A DNA stretch of 64,000 nt from Planctomycetia bacterium. Its GTDB lineage: Bacteria > Planctomycetota > Planctomycetia > JALXBF01 > JBGPMX01. Below are positions 1 to 9,425 of this stretch, one piece after another. Each line of letters starts with the position of its first letter. Position 1 is the first letter of the stretch. The DNA lies in assembly GCA_036758585.1 (NCBI GenBank), contig DAIOWH010000009.1:1573-65572 (forward strand), written 5' to 3'. The position numbers and the translations under genes were made by a program. The notes beneath the pieces are model-generated. The model was given only the letters and a program-made list of their open reading frames with translations, searched no databases and was not told the origin of the DNA.

Positions 1-261
1 ACGGAGTCATAATTGTTCCCTGTTCCAAGAATCTCTTCGTTGAAGGGGCAGGTGCATATCGAATCCGTGATTTAGAATCAACCGAACTTCGCACACGCTT
101 TCCGGCCCCGCTTCCGACACCGGCTGGTGCAAGCTGCGAAAGCGTCGCTGCTCTGCGATGTGCCACCGCGGCACGTCGCACGCGGCAAATCAAACGCCCT
201 GACGGTGGCAACGGAGTCGCAACCGGGGTTGTGAGCTAGGCCATTGCAGCAGAGGGGAAGG

Positions 262-358
262 GGTCGGGTCTACGTTTTTTCGGATTTGGCCAGATTGGTC
301 GCTTCGCATTTCACTGACATTGGTCGGCCAAATCCGAAAAAACGTAGACCCGACCCCC
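262..358. repeat. Long near-perfect inverted repeat (about 31-bp arms gggtcgggtctacgttttttcggatttggcc / ggccaaatccgaaaaaacgtagacccgaccc, about 45-nt loop) immediately 3' of the photolyase gene; candidate bidirectional terminator or REP-like hairpin
   Basis: Read directly: arms at 262-292 and 328-358 are reverse complements. A-/T-runs sit inside the stem. It lies 24 nt beyond the photolyase stop (382) on the minus strand. Confidence 0.6.
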
Positions 359-381
359 GGCGCAAAGTGCGTCGCGCACCC

Positions 382-1902
382 CTAGTCCTGACAATTCGAG
401 AACTTCGCTTGGTACCCTTTGACCTGCAGTTTTCGCCGCGTGCTTTCGGAACTCATGTACCGCACCGTGCCGAAGATCGGTCGTTCCGGTCCCCACGGGC
501 GGTCGTAGCGGCCGAGGCACCAGAAGATGCCGGAGTAGGAATTTGGGTCGCGGCCGTCGAGGGCGTAGCGGTTGTTGAGTTCGATCATGACGTCGAGGGC
601 GTCGCGCGGCGTGGCGGTCCATTCGAGGATTTTCTTGCCCCAGAGCATGCGCAGGTAGTTGTGGATGCGGCCCTCGCGGACGAGTTGTGTTTGTGCGGCG
701 TTCCAGAGCGGATCGTGGGTCGCTGCGGCGGCGAATTCGTCGAGCGAATAGACGTACACGCGGCGGTCGCGCGTGTGCTTTTCGAGTGTTGCGCGCGACC
801 AGGCGGGCAAGGACTCGTATCGGTCGTAGTCGTCGCGGTGCGCGGTCATGTTGAAGCCGAGTTCACGCCACGTGACGAACTCGTCGAGCCACGCCTCGGC
901 CCCGCGGCTCGCGCCCCACCAGCCCTCGCGCTTGCCGCCGGTTTTCTTGGCCAGCCGTTTCGGCGACCACCGTTCGCGCGACATCAGCTCGTGAAACAGC
1001 TCGTGCGGCGAGATGTGCCCGAAGTGCAAATACGGAGACAGGCCGCTGCGAGCGTCCTCGTCGGGCTGGTTGGCGGCCTCGGTATAGTTCGCGAGGTGCC
1101 GGTCGAGGAATTGCCGCAAACGCTTTCGAGCCGCCGCCGGCCCACCGCGATAATCGACGACTTGCACCGAGTGATCAATGGGCAGCGCCGCGAGTTCAGC
1201 CGAGTCGCCATCCATCAATTTCGCGGAGACTTGCGGCCATCTCCGTACGATTTCGGCGGGCAGCGACTTGAGCGCCGGCAGCTTCAGACCCGCGAGCGGG
1301 GCTGGTTGCGGGAACTGCTCGAGATGTCGCGGAAGTTCCTTTTGCAAGAATGCTCGGAACGAAAATGCCGTCGTGAAGACTCGTTCGGTTGCGCGCAGCG
1401 GCAGCAATCCGTTAGAATCGACTCGCTCTAATCGCACCGGCAATCGCGGCCCGACGGCGGCCACCATTCGCGGCAGAAAGAACGACGGAAAATCATCGGT
1501 GACGACCACGCACGCTCGCTTGGCGAAGGCATCGAGCAGCCCTTTGTCCGCGTCCGGTGCCGGCTCGACATACGGAAAATACAACACGCCGCGATTCTTC
1601 AACGCCGCGATTCGCGCCGCGTTGTCGGCCATGCCGTCGATGACAAACCGGTGCAGCCGGTCGCTCGCCCAGCGATACCCGATCCGCAATGGCTCGAAAA
1701 TCACCAGCGGCTTCTTCAACTCGACAGCCCACTCGATCGCCCGCTGAAGGCTGAAATTCCAATGCGTCCGCCGAAACGCAATCATCCAGTACAAGACGAA
1801 TTCGCCATCGTTTCGTACCGCGGTCGCATTGCACGCGGCAATACGGATTTCAGGCACCTGGCTCACTTGGACCTCTCGGATAATCAATTCCAGTAGTTCC
1901 AA
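382..1902 (-). CDS. phr: Deoxyribodipyrimidine photolyase, class II CPD photolyase
   Basis: The 506-aa ORF has class II hallmarks: LYWMIAFRR, LSPYLHFGHIS, HDPLWNAAQ, GRIHNYLRMLWGKKILEW and C-terminal GTVRYM. It is collinear with archaeal and animal-type class II photolyases. The start is a non-ATG (TTG) codon. Confidence 0.85.
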   Translation of the reverse strand: MELLELIIREVQVSQVPEIRIAACNATAVRNDGEFVLYWMIAFRRTHWNFSLQRAIEWAVELKKPLVIFEPLRIGYRWASDRLHRFVIDGMADNAARIAALKNRGVLYFPYVEPAPDADKGLLDAFAKRACVVVTDDFPSFFLPRMVAAVGPRLPVRLERVDSNGLLPLRATERVFTTAFSFRAFLQKELPRHLEQFPQPAPLAGLKLPALKSLPAEIVRRWPQVSAKLMDGDSAELAALPIDHSVQVVDYRGGPAAARKRLRQFLDRHLANYTEAANQPDEDARSGLSPYLHFGHISPHELFHELMSRERWSPKRLAKKTGGKREGWWGASRGAEAWLDEFVTWRELGFNMTAHRDDYDRYESLPAWSRATLEKHTRDRRVYVYSLDEFAAAATHDPLWNAAQTQLVREGRIHNYLRMLWGKKILEWTATPRDALDVMIELNNRYALDGRDPNSYSGIFWCLGRYDRPWGPERPIFGTVRYMSSESTRRKLQVKGYQAKFSNCQD

Positions 1903-1993
1903 AAAAGGGGAGTCATGCGTACGGTCCTCTTCTCGATCATCGCGATGTTTGTGAAGTCGTACACGCGACCCCTTGATTGCGGCGCAGCCGCGC

Positions 1994-3967
1994 CTACGAG
2001 TTCATCCGCCAAATGCTGAAGTTCAATCCCGCCGCGAATGTGCTCCACGCCAGGTAGGGCAACATCAGTGCGGCGGCGAGTCGCGAGAATCGCCAGAATG
2101 CGGCGCCGGTCGCGACAATCGCTGCGAGTAGCATGAACAGTTCGATCAGTGCGAGGCCCGGCCGCCGCATGGCGAAGAAACAGCCGGACCAGGCGACGTT
2201 GAGCGCCAGTTGCACTCCGAACAGACCAAGCGCGCCGCGGCTCGATGACCAGTCCGCACGTCGCCACACGAGCCACGCCGCCACGGCCATGGCGAAATAG
2301 AGCGCGGACCACACCGGCCCGAACAACCAATCGGGCGGAGTCCACGCGGGTTTGGCCAGGGTCTGATACCAATCGGTCACGGATGCGGCAGTGAGCAGGC
2401 CGCCGATTCCCGCCGCGACGAAGCAGATGCCGACCGACGCGAGCAGTCCGAGAACTTGTGCGGCCACCGTGCGTCGAGCGGGTAATTCATGCGATGAGTC
2501 GTGATCCGACTCGGCTCGCGCAGCGATCCCGCGCAACATGCCGCCGAATACGACCTGGTGCAGCGGGAACACGCCGTACCAGTACGCGCGGCCGAGTAGT
2601 CCGATCGGGTCGTATTCGGCCGTTTGGCGGATGCGTGAGCCGCCGCTGTCGTTCGCAGTCACTTCGAATTCGAGCCAGGCGCGGCCGGGTAGTTTCATCT
2701 CGGCTGCCAGCCGGAGCCGGTGGCTCGGCTCGATCGCCTCGACTCGCCAGCAATCGAGCGTGTCACCGACGCGCAGATGTTCCGGATCGCGCCGGCCGCG
2801 ACGCATGCCAACACCGCCGAACAACAAGTCGATCGCACCGCGCAGCCGCCACAGCCAGTCGGCATAGTACCAGCCCGCTCGGCCGCCAATGCGCTCGATT
2901 GGACGGAAGGCGCGATCGGGCGGCACGGAAACGTCGGCGACTCGCGAATCTATCAGCCGCGATCCGAACCGGACGCCGAACCAACTGCGGTTCGGGCCGG
3001 CCGCGGACAGGGCGTCGGACCAGCGGGTTTCGGCTAGTTCCGCGTCTTCGTTGCGCATCGCCGCGGCAATCGCCTCGCGATAGCCGCACGGCCGGGTGGG
3101 GAATGCGTCGAGTGCGGATGTGTCGTTGACGATCGTCGAATGCCGCATGCTGTCGATGAGCTTCCGCCCGACCCGCGCGTAGATTGGCGTAACTAATCCA
3201 AGCCAGAGACTTGAGAGTCGCGGCGTGAGCACGGGCACCGGAATGATCCATCGACCGAGTCCGCGTTGGTTGGCGTACTCGCGCATCAGCCCGCCGTACG
3301 ACGTGCAATCCGCGCCGCCGATCTCGAAGGTGCGGCTCGCTTCCAGCGGCAGGTCCATCGCGGCGGCCAGGTACGCAATAAGGTCAGTAATCGCGATCGG
3401 CTGCGCGGGCACGGAAACCCAACGCGGGGCGACCATGACCGGCAGGCGCTCGACGAGCGACCGAATCAACTCGAAGGAGAGGCTGCCCGATCCGATCACG
3501 ATCGACGCGCGAAACTCAATCACAGGGACGCCGCTCGACCGCAGGATTTCGCCGACCTCATGACGGCTCCGCAGGTGGGCCGAGAGCTGATCGTTGCTGT
3601 CGCCGAGTCCGCCGAGGTAGATGATCCGCTTCACCCCCGCGGCCCGCGCGGCATCGCCGAAGTTGTGGGCCGCGCGCCGGTCCTCGTCCTCGAATTCGCC
3701 CGACGAACCCATCGAGTGGACCATGTAGTACGCGACGCTGACACCGGCCATCGCCGCGCGCAACGACTCCGCGTCGAGCACATCGCCTTGCACGACTTCC
3801 GTTGCCGGCCCCGCGCGATCGCGCAGGAACTCCGGCCGCCGAGCCAGGCAGCGCACGCGATGTCCAGCCATTTCAAGCGATCGGAGCAGTCGCCCGCCGA
3901 CGTAACCGGTCGCGCCCGTCACGAGAATCAATGGCGGCAGTGGGCTGATGTTGGTGTCTTGTTGCAT
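1994..3967 (-). CDS. Tripartite fusion protein: NAD(P)H-binding SDR/NmrA-like domain + DUF2867 + C-terminal TspO/MBR tryptophan-rich sensory protein
   Basis: N-terminal Rossmann motif LILVTGATGYVGGRLL. The middle region resembles DUF2867. The C-terminal 150 aa has TspO signatures (WYQTLAKPAWTPPDWLFGPVWSALYF, LNVAWS, LPYLAWSTFAAGLN) across five predicted TM helices. Confidence 0.7.
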   Translation of the reverse strand: MQQDTNISPLPPLILVTGATGYVGGRLLRSLEMAGHRVRCLARRPEFLRDRAGPATEVVQGDVLDAESLRAAMAGVSVAYYMVHSMGSSGEFEDEDRRAAHNFGDAARAAGVKRIIYLGGLGDSNDQLSAHLRSRHEVGEILRSSGVPVIEFRASIVIGSGSLSFELIRSLVERLPVMVAPRWVSVPAQPIAITDLIAYLAAAMDLPLEASRTFEIGGADCTSYGGLMREYANQRGLGRWIIPVPVLTPRLSSLWLGLVTPIYARVGRKLIDSMRHSTIVNDTSALDAFPTRPCGYREAIAAAMRNEDAELAETRWSDALSAAGPNRSWFGVRFGSRLIDSRVADVSVPPDRAFRPIERIGGRAGWYYADWLWRLRGAIDLLFGGVGMRRGRRDPEHLRVGDTLDCWRVEAIEPSHRLRLAAEMKLPGRAWLEFEVTANDSGGSRIRQTAEYDPIGLLGRAYWYGVFPLHQVVFGGMLRGIAARAESDHDSSHELPARRTVAAQVLGLLASVGICFVAAGIGGLLTAASVTDWYQTLAKPAWTPPDWLFGPVWSALYFAMAVAAWLVWRRADWSSSRGALGLFGVQLALNVAWSGCFFAMRRPGLALIELFMLLAAIVATGAAFWRFSRLAAALMLPYLAWSTFAAGLNFSIWRMNS

Positions 3968-4047
3968 TTCAGGAGTTCAGTACTTCCAACCAGTTGTCGT
4001 GGTTCGCGGAGCGAACCACGACAATCGTTCGATTTCGTCCGTAATGT

Positions 4048-5004
4048 TCACACATGGTTTCGCAGTGCCAGCTCTTTCGGGTGCGGCTTCAGATAAACTT
4101 GGCCCTTTAAATACGCCACGTCGAACAATCGCACGTAGTGGGCGACGAGAGTGACCGGCACGATTAGCGGCACCAGCCCGCCGCGGTAGTCGTGAATGCA
4201 ATCGAGCAGTTCGCGGCGCGACGCGTCGTCCAACTTGTCGCTGAAATACCCGACCATGTGCTGCAAGACATTGGTGTGCCGGCCGCGCCTGGCAAGTTTC
4301 GCCAAGGCCTCCATGAACTCGCGCTCGTAGCGTTCGCGCAGCTCGGTGCGCGGCAGCGACTTGGCCCCGGCGACGAGCCGGCCGAGTTGCTGGTACGCCG
4401 TCGGCGAGTGGGCCAGCAACACGAGCTTGTGCGACGTGTGGAACGCGACCAGGTCGCCGAGCCGCCAGCGACTGGCCCACAGCGTCTGGAGGCGGTGGTA
4501 CGCGAACACTCGTTCGATCCAGTTTTCGCGCAACCGCGGATCGCACAGCCGGCCTTCGTCTTCGATCGGCAGATTTCCAAACCGGTCCGCCAATGCCGCC
4601 GCAAACAGGCCGCGACCCGATCGCGTCACTCGACCAGGCCCGTGATGTACCCGGACCCGCTCCAAGCCGCAGCTCGGCGAGTCCTTCTTCAAGATGAACC
4701 CGCTGAGCTTTTCGCCCGCGAGTTCCTCGACCCGCCGCCGCGAGAAGTTCCGCATCGCGTCCGTGTGATCCGCCTTGCTCTCCCGGCCGACCAGACGAAT
4801 ATCCCCGCTCAGTTGCACCAAGTGAATCGCCTCGCGCGGCGTCCCCATGCCGACTTCGACTTCCGGGCACACTGGCACCCACTCGAAAAACTCGCCGAGC
4901 GTGTCGGTCAGAAACCGGTCGTGCTTGTGTCCGCCGTCGTAGCGCACCTTTGCACCCAGCAGGCACTGCGAGATGCCGATGCGAATCGCCTTACTGCTGG
5001 TCAC
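4048..5004 (-). CDS. DUF523 + DUF1722 protein (YbgA-like, photolyase-associated)
   Basis: DUF523 core IRIGISQCLLGAKVRYDGGHK...VPVCPEVEVGMGTPRE plus the C-terminal DUF1722 region. The start is likely the GTG near 5004. The six-frame ORF extends to 5253, but that 5' part overlaps the upstream hydrolase gene and has no homology. E. coli ybgA-phr adjacency is established knowledge. Confidence 0.65.
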   Translation of the reverse strand: MTSSKAIRIGISQCLLGAKVRYDGGHKHDRFLTDTLGEFFEWVPVCPEVEVGMGTPREAIHLVQLSGDIRLVGRESKADHTDAMRNFSRRRVEELAGEKLSGFILKKDSPSCGLERVRVHHGPGRVTRSGRGLFAAALADRFGNLPIEDEGRLCDPRLRENWIERVFAYHRLQTLWASRWRLGDLVAFHTSHKLVLLAHSPTAYQQLGRLVAGAKSLPRTELRERYEREFMEALAKLARRGRHTNVLQHMVGYFSDKLDDASRRELLDCIHDYRGGLVPLIVPVTLVAHYVRLFDVAYLKGQVYLKPHPKELALRNHV

Positions 5005-6415
5005 TGTCCGCCTCCTCTTGAGCAAGCGTGTCGAGCCAACGAAAGATTTCGGGCAGCGAATCAGGGACGACCAGCAAATGCTCGCAGTCGTAGAGTCGCA
5101 TTTGCACGGGTGCGCCGAGTTCCTCGAGTCGTTTGGCCACGCTGGTTGATCCGGCCTTGCCGAAATCGAGCGTGCCGGCCGCGACGAATACCGGCATGCG
5201 GGCGAGCGGCGCCAGGTCGCCGAACGACCCACCAGAGATCGCGGCGATCGCATGCACGCCTTCGGGTTTCATCTGGCCCATGCGCAATGCCGTGACCGCG
5301 CCGAGCGAGTGGCCGACCACGAAGAGCCGCCGAGCGCTCGGGGCAATGCGTTGCTGGATCGGCGTCACGATGGCCCAGAGGTCGTCCAGCGGAGTGCGAT
5401 AGCCTGGTGCGGCGAGCGCCCAGCCGCGATCCTTGCAGAGTCGCACGATCAGCCCGTCGCCGTACGCGTCGGCGAACATGTTCGCACTACCTCCAGCACC
5501 GTGCAGGGCGACGACAAGCACCTCCGCGTCCCGATCCGGCGCGTAGACGCGCACCGCGGCGGGCACTTTGGCGATGGGCACGGCGATGTAGAAATCTCCC
5601 GTGCGCGATTCGCGTGCCGGCAACTCGCTCGCGGCGGCGCGCACGAGCGATTCCGCTTCAGCGAGAAGCCGCGAGGCAGCAACATCCGTTTCGAGCGTTT
5701 CGCCACGCGCCAGCCGGCTGAGCAAATCCGCCAGGTATCGAGCCGTCGCGAGTTCGATCGGATTTCTCTCCGCCCCAGGCGACGCGAGGTCCGCCGCAAG
5801 TTGCTCCAATCGTCTTTCCAGGTCGCTTACCCGGCTGATTCCGATCGGCCACTCTCGCACGACCTCGCCCCCCGCTACGGCACGGACGGTCATCGCCCAA
5901 TCGCCCGGCTGACCCGCGGGCAATTCAACGTCATCGTCGAACGTGCCGGTGAACGGCCGGTCCATGAGTGTCGTTTCGCCAAGGGACAGGGTGAGATTCA
6001 TGGTCGGGCGATCGACGCTCGGTGCGTAGAAAATGTCGCAGTGGACGCGAATCGTCGACGGCCCCGTACTGACAACGCGCGGCGAGACGGACACGACGAT
6101 CGCGTCGGCCCAGCACTGGGCGGGCGACCGAGTCTCGCCGCGCAATACGGCGCCCGCCTCATCGAGCGATCGGGCGACACCGGCCAGGTTCATCGAAAAG
6201 AACCCGGTGACCGCGTTCTGCACGATCGGGATTGCCTCGCGCCGGCGATCCGCATCCGAACAAGCGATCCAGGCTCGTTCCATCTGCCGCGTTCGCCGAC
6301 CGAGTTCATACCGTTGAATCCCGGCCGGCAAAACCGTGCGAGCAGCCGTCTTTGCGGCATCGGCCTGTTCTTGAATCGCGGCGGTGAACGACAGGGCAAG
6401 CAACATTGTGGTCAC
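4991..6415 (-). CDS. Secreted alpha/beta-hydrolase (serine esterase/dienelactone-hydrolase-like) with N-terminal domain of unknown function
   Basis: Signal-peptide-like N-terminus. The GHSLGA nucleophile elbow lies within VVGHSLGAVTAL, and a HGAGGS oxyanion-like motif is present. It overlaps ybgA by a few nt, which suggests an operon. Confidence 0.55.
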   Translation of the reverse strand: MTTMLLALSFTAAIQEQADAAKTAARTVLPAGIQRYELGRRTRQMERAWIACSDADRRREAIPIVQNAVTGFFSMNLAGVARSLDEAGAVLRGETRSPAQCWADAIVVSVSPRVVSTGPSTIRVHCDIFYAPSVDRPTMNLTLSLGETTLMDRPFTGTFDDDVELPAGQPGDWAMTVRAVAGGEVVREWPIGISRVSDLERRLEQLAADLASPGAERNPIELATARYLADLLSRLARGETLETDVAASRLLAEAESLVRAAASELPARESRTGDFYIAVPIAKVPAAVRVYAPDRDAEVLVVALHGAGGSANMFADAYGDGLIVRLCKDRGWALAAPGYRTPLDDLWAIVTPIQQRIAPSARRLFVVGHSLGAVTALRMGQMKPEGVHAIAAISGGSFGDLAPLARMPVFVAAGTLDFGKAGSTSVAKRLEELGAPVQMRLYDCEHLLVVPDSLPEIFRWLDTLAQEEADSDQQ

Positions 6416-6484
6416 GGTTGAGTCTCACATTCATCGAGAATGCACGGCTGTCCTATCTGCTTTGCACGCGCGAGCGGTTGACGC

Positions 6485-8176
6485 TCACGTGCTTGAGACC
6501 TCCCGCAATTTCAGGTCGCCGGTCGACCGCAAAGGGGCCTTGTCCCACGACAGATCGGACGCGGGGAACAGTTCCCGAAGTCGCGCCTGCCGGAAACGGA
6601 AGATCTTGAGAACATCGCCGCGCACAACGAGTGCGTCGATCAGCCATCCGCCGGGCACGGCGTAATCGACAATGTCGCTGCAGAGCGTGCCGCCGTCAAC
6701 CGCTTCAAAAATATGCTCGTGGCGCCAGCGGCGATACGGGCCGCGCGTCTGCTCGTCCACGAAATGCCGTGGCGGCTCCCACACGCTGATGCGACTCTGC
6801 CAGCGGATCGGAACGCCGTGCAGACGAAGACGATAGTCGATGATCGTCCCGGCCTCGATGCGAATTGGCGCTGGAGTCAGCACGGCGAATTGTAGCCAGG
6901 GCGGAGTGATCGACTCCAATTGAAACGCATCCGAAAAAAAATCGAACACGCGGTCACGCGCGGCCACACCGCCGCCGGCCAACGCAACCGAATAGACGTG
7001 ACCCCAGTGATCGCGGCCGCCGCGCGGGTTGATCTTCGGCGTGCGCCCAAACTCGCCCATCCAGACCACCAGCGTCTCGTCGAGCAGTCCGCGGGCGAGC
7101 AAATCCTCGAGCAGCGCCGAGTAGGCCAAGTCCATCGGGGGCATCAGGTCCTTCTTGAGTCGCTCGGCGTTCTTCGCGTGTGTGTCCCAGGCGGGCGCCT
7201 CGGCCGTGTCGGTCTCCCAGCGTTGCCAGTTGACCTGCACCAGCGCGACGCCAGCCTCGACGAGTCGGCGAGCCAGCAGCATGCTCTGACCGAATCGGTT
7301 GCGTCCGTAGCGATCGCGCACGGCGGGCGGCTCGTCGTCGAGGTTGAACGCGCCGCGACCCTTGGCCGACCGGAGCAGGTCGAACGCCTGCTGACTAATC
7401 GAGTCCCAGTTCCGCGCGACGCCTCCGCGATCGGCCGCGTCGAGATGCCGGTTGACTGCGGTGAGCAGCGAGCGGCGTCGGTCGACGCGCAGCGCCGGCA
7501 ACTCGGCGGTCGATTCAAGTCCCGGCAACTCGAAGTCGGGTTTGTTGGGGTCGCACACGAGCAGCCACGGGTCGGCCTTGCGACCGAGCCAGCCGCCGTC
7601 CTGGCCGGGCCAGGGCAGGCGTCCGGTGTTCCAGATGTCTTCGGGCAGCGTCACCGCCGCGGGCAACGAGCCGCGCTGCGGGCGGAGTTTCCTGACGACC
7701 GCACCCAAGCAGGGCCAGTCGTTCGGGAAACCGGGTTTGGCGTTCTCGGAGTTCATCGGCGTGTGTGGGTAGCCGGTGAGCATCCAGTATCCGCCCGACG
7801 AGTGAGCGTTGTCGTTGGACGACATCGCGCGCAGGACGGCAATGTGATTGGTCAGTGCGGCGGTGCGCGGCATCAACTCGCCGACCACCAGGCCGGGTGT
7901 GGCCGACGCGATCGGTTTGAACTCGCCGCGGACCTCGGCCGGGGCATCGGGCTTAGGGTCCCAGGTTTCCTGCTGAGGCGGGCCGCCGAGCAGGAAGACG
8001 ACGATGCACGACTTGGCCCGGCCGCCCGTCGGCACGACCGCCGCCTGGGCCGCCTGTCGGCCCGCGAGCAACGACGGCAGCGACAGCCCCAGCGCACCGA
8101 GGCCGCCGACGCGCAGCCAGTCGCGTCGCGTCACGCCGTCGCACAGTCGCGTCGATCGATCTTCGATCGCAAACAT
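6485..8176 (-). CDS. DUF1501 (sulfatase-like, Tat-secreted) protein fused to a C-terminal SRPBCC/cyclase-dehydrase-like domain
   Basis: Tat motif TRRDWLRVGG. DUF1501 core ...GEFGRTPKINPRGGRDHWGHVYSVALAGGGV. The last 140 aa or so resemble SRPBCC (WQSRISVWEPPRHFVDEQTRGPYRRWRHEHIFE...GGTLCSDIVDY). Likely ATG start at about 8176 (M8 of the ORF). Confidence 0.6.
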   Translation of the reverse strand: MFAIEDRSTRLCDGVTRRDWLRVGGLGALGLSLPSLLAGRQAAQAAVVPTGGRAKSCIVVFLLGGPPQQETWDPKPDAPAEVRGEFKPIASATPGLVVGELMPRTAALTNHIAVLRAMSSNDNAHSSGGYWMLTGYPHTPMNSENAKPGFPNDWPCLGAVVRKLRPQRGSLPAAVTLPEDIWNTGRLPWPGQDGGWLGRKADPWLLVCDPNKPDFELPGLESTAELPALRVDRRRSLLTAVNRHLDAADRGGVARNWDSISQQAFDLLRSAKGRGAFNLDDEPPAVRDRYGRNRFGQSMLLARRLVEAGVALVQVNWQRWETDTAEAPAWDTHAKNAERLKKDLMPPMDLAYSALLEDLLARGLLDETLVVWMGEFGRTPKINPRGGRDHWGHVYSVALAGGGVAARDRVFDFFSDAFQLESITPPWLQFAVLTPAPIRIEAGTIIDYRLRLHGVPIRWQSRISVWEPPRHFVDEQTRGPYRRWRHEHIFEAVDGGTLCSDIVDYAVPGGWLIDALVVRGDVLKIFRFRQARLRELFPASDLSWDKAPLRSTGDLKLREVSST

Positions 8177-8429
8177 CGCGTCACTCCGCGGAGACAATCA
8201 CGCCGCCCAGCCGAGTGTATCCGATCGCCGGCTACGATCAAACTCGATGGTAGGTCGTGATACCGTTTGGCAAGCGGGGGCGTCAGCCGGCGTCAGCCCT
8301 CGGTTTTCAGCGGAGAATCGGAGGCTTCACATCCCCCGCTCGCTAGGTGGCATAACCACTCAACCGGGTTGCGGTTTGCAGGCGGGCCTGACACAATCCT
8401 GCGGGGCCGTAGGTCTGGAGGACTCTGCG

Positions 8430-9422
8430 ATGAACGGCGACGTGCGCTACGAGGCGCTCGATCGGTGGGAAAAGTTACCGAGCGGCTGGAGCTTTGTAGA
8501 AGTGGCCGCGGTGGCGACCGATTCGCGCGACCGCGTGTATGTGTTCAACCGCGGCGAACACCCGGTGATCGTGTTCGATCGCGACGGCAATTTCCTCGCG
8601 TCGTGGGGCGAGGGCGTCTTTCAACGGCCGCACGGCATTCACATCGGTCCCGACGACGCGGTGTATTGCAGCGACGACCGCGACCATACGGTGCGTAAGT
8701 TTTCGGTCGACGGCAGTCTGCTCATGACGCTCGGCGCCAGCGGCCGGCCGTCTGAGACGGGCGTGGTCGGCATCGACTATCGCACGATCCGGCGCGGCGG
8801 TCCGCCGTTCAATCTGCCGACGAACCTGGCGATCGCGCCCGACGGGCGGCTGTACGTGACCGACGGCTACGGCAACGCGCGCGTCCACTGTTTTTCGCCC
8901 GATGGGCGGCTCTTGTTTTCGTGGGGCGAGCCGGGCGACGGGCCGGGCCAATTCAATCTGCCGCACGGAATCGCCGTGGACCGTGCGGGCATAGTCTACG
9001 TCGCCGACCGCGAGAACAGCCGCGTGCAGTTGTTCTCGCCGCGCGGCGAGTTCGTGACTCAGTGGACCGACGTCGCTCGACCGATGGAGGTGTTCATCGA
9101 TGCGCGATCGGGCGGCGACGCCGACCGCGTGTTCGTGGCCGAGACCGGCTTTCGGGCCGGCCTGTTTCCGTGGATGACCGCCCCAGCGAACCCGCCGGGC
9201 GGCCGAGTCAGCGTGTTCACGCGCGAGGGCAACTTGGTCGCCCGGTGGGGCGGCGGAGACAATCCGTGCGCGCCGGGCGACTTTTTTGCGCCGCACGACA
9301 TCTGGGGCGATTCGCACGGCGACCTGTATGTCGGCGAGGTCGTCATGTCGGCCGGCGGCAATCACGGCCTGGTCTCGCCCACCTGCCACTCGCTTCAGAA
9401 GTTTGTGCGCAAGACCGCTTGA
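8430..9422 (+). CDS. NHL-repeat beta-propeller protein (peptidylglycine alpha-amidating lyase-like)
   Basis: Repeated NHL motifs (RPHGIHIGPDDAVYCSD, NLPTNLAIAPDGRLYVTDGYGNARVHCF, NLPHGIAVDRAGIVYVADRENSRVQLF). ATG at 8430 is preceded by GGAGG. The upstream part of ORF 8004.. is antisense overlap with no homology. Confidence 0.7.
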   Translation: MNGDVRYEALDRWEKLPSGWSFVEVAAVATDSRDRVYVFNRGEHPVIVFDRDGNFLASWGEGVFQRPHGIHIGPDDAVYCSDDRDHTVRKFSVDGSLLMTLGASGRPSETGVVGIDYRTIRRGGPPFNLPTNLAIAPDGRLYVTDGYGNARVHCFSPDGRLLFSWGEPGDGPGQFNLPHGIAVDRAGIVYVADRENSRVQLFSPRGEFVTQWTDVARPMEVFIDARSGGDADRVFVAETGFRAGLFPWMTAPANPPGGRVSVFTREGNLVARWGGGDNPCAPGDFFAPHDIWGDSHGDLYVGEVVMSAGGNHGLVSPTCHSLQKFVRKTA

Positions 9423-9425
9423 GCG

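Noticed and set aside
244-1431. 395-aa plus-strand ORF
   Set aside because: It is entirely antisense to the well-supported photolyase gene. Its Arg/Ala/Pro-rich composition is typical of spurious ORFs in high-GC DNA, and it has no motifs.
4192-5295. 367-aa plus-strand ORF
   Set aside because: It is antisense to the ybgA-like and hydrolase genes, with no motifs and Arg-rich composition.
8004-8429. N-terminal 142-aa extension of the NHL-repeat ORF
   Set aside because: It overlaps the DUF1501 gene on the opposite strand and has low-complexity composition. An ATG with GGAGG at 8430 starts the region of NHL homology.
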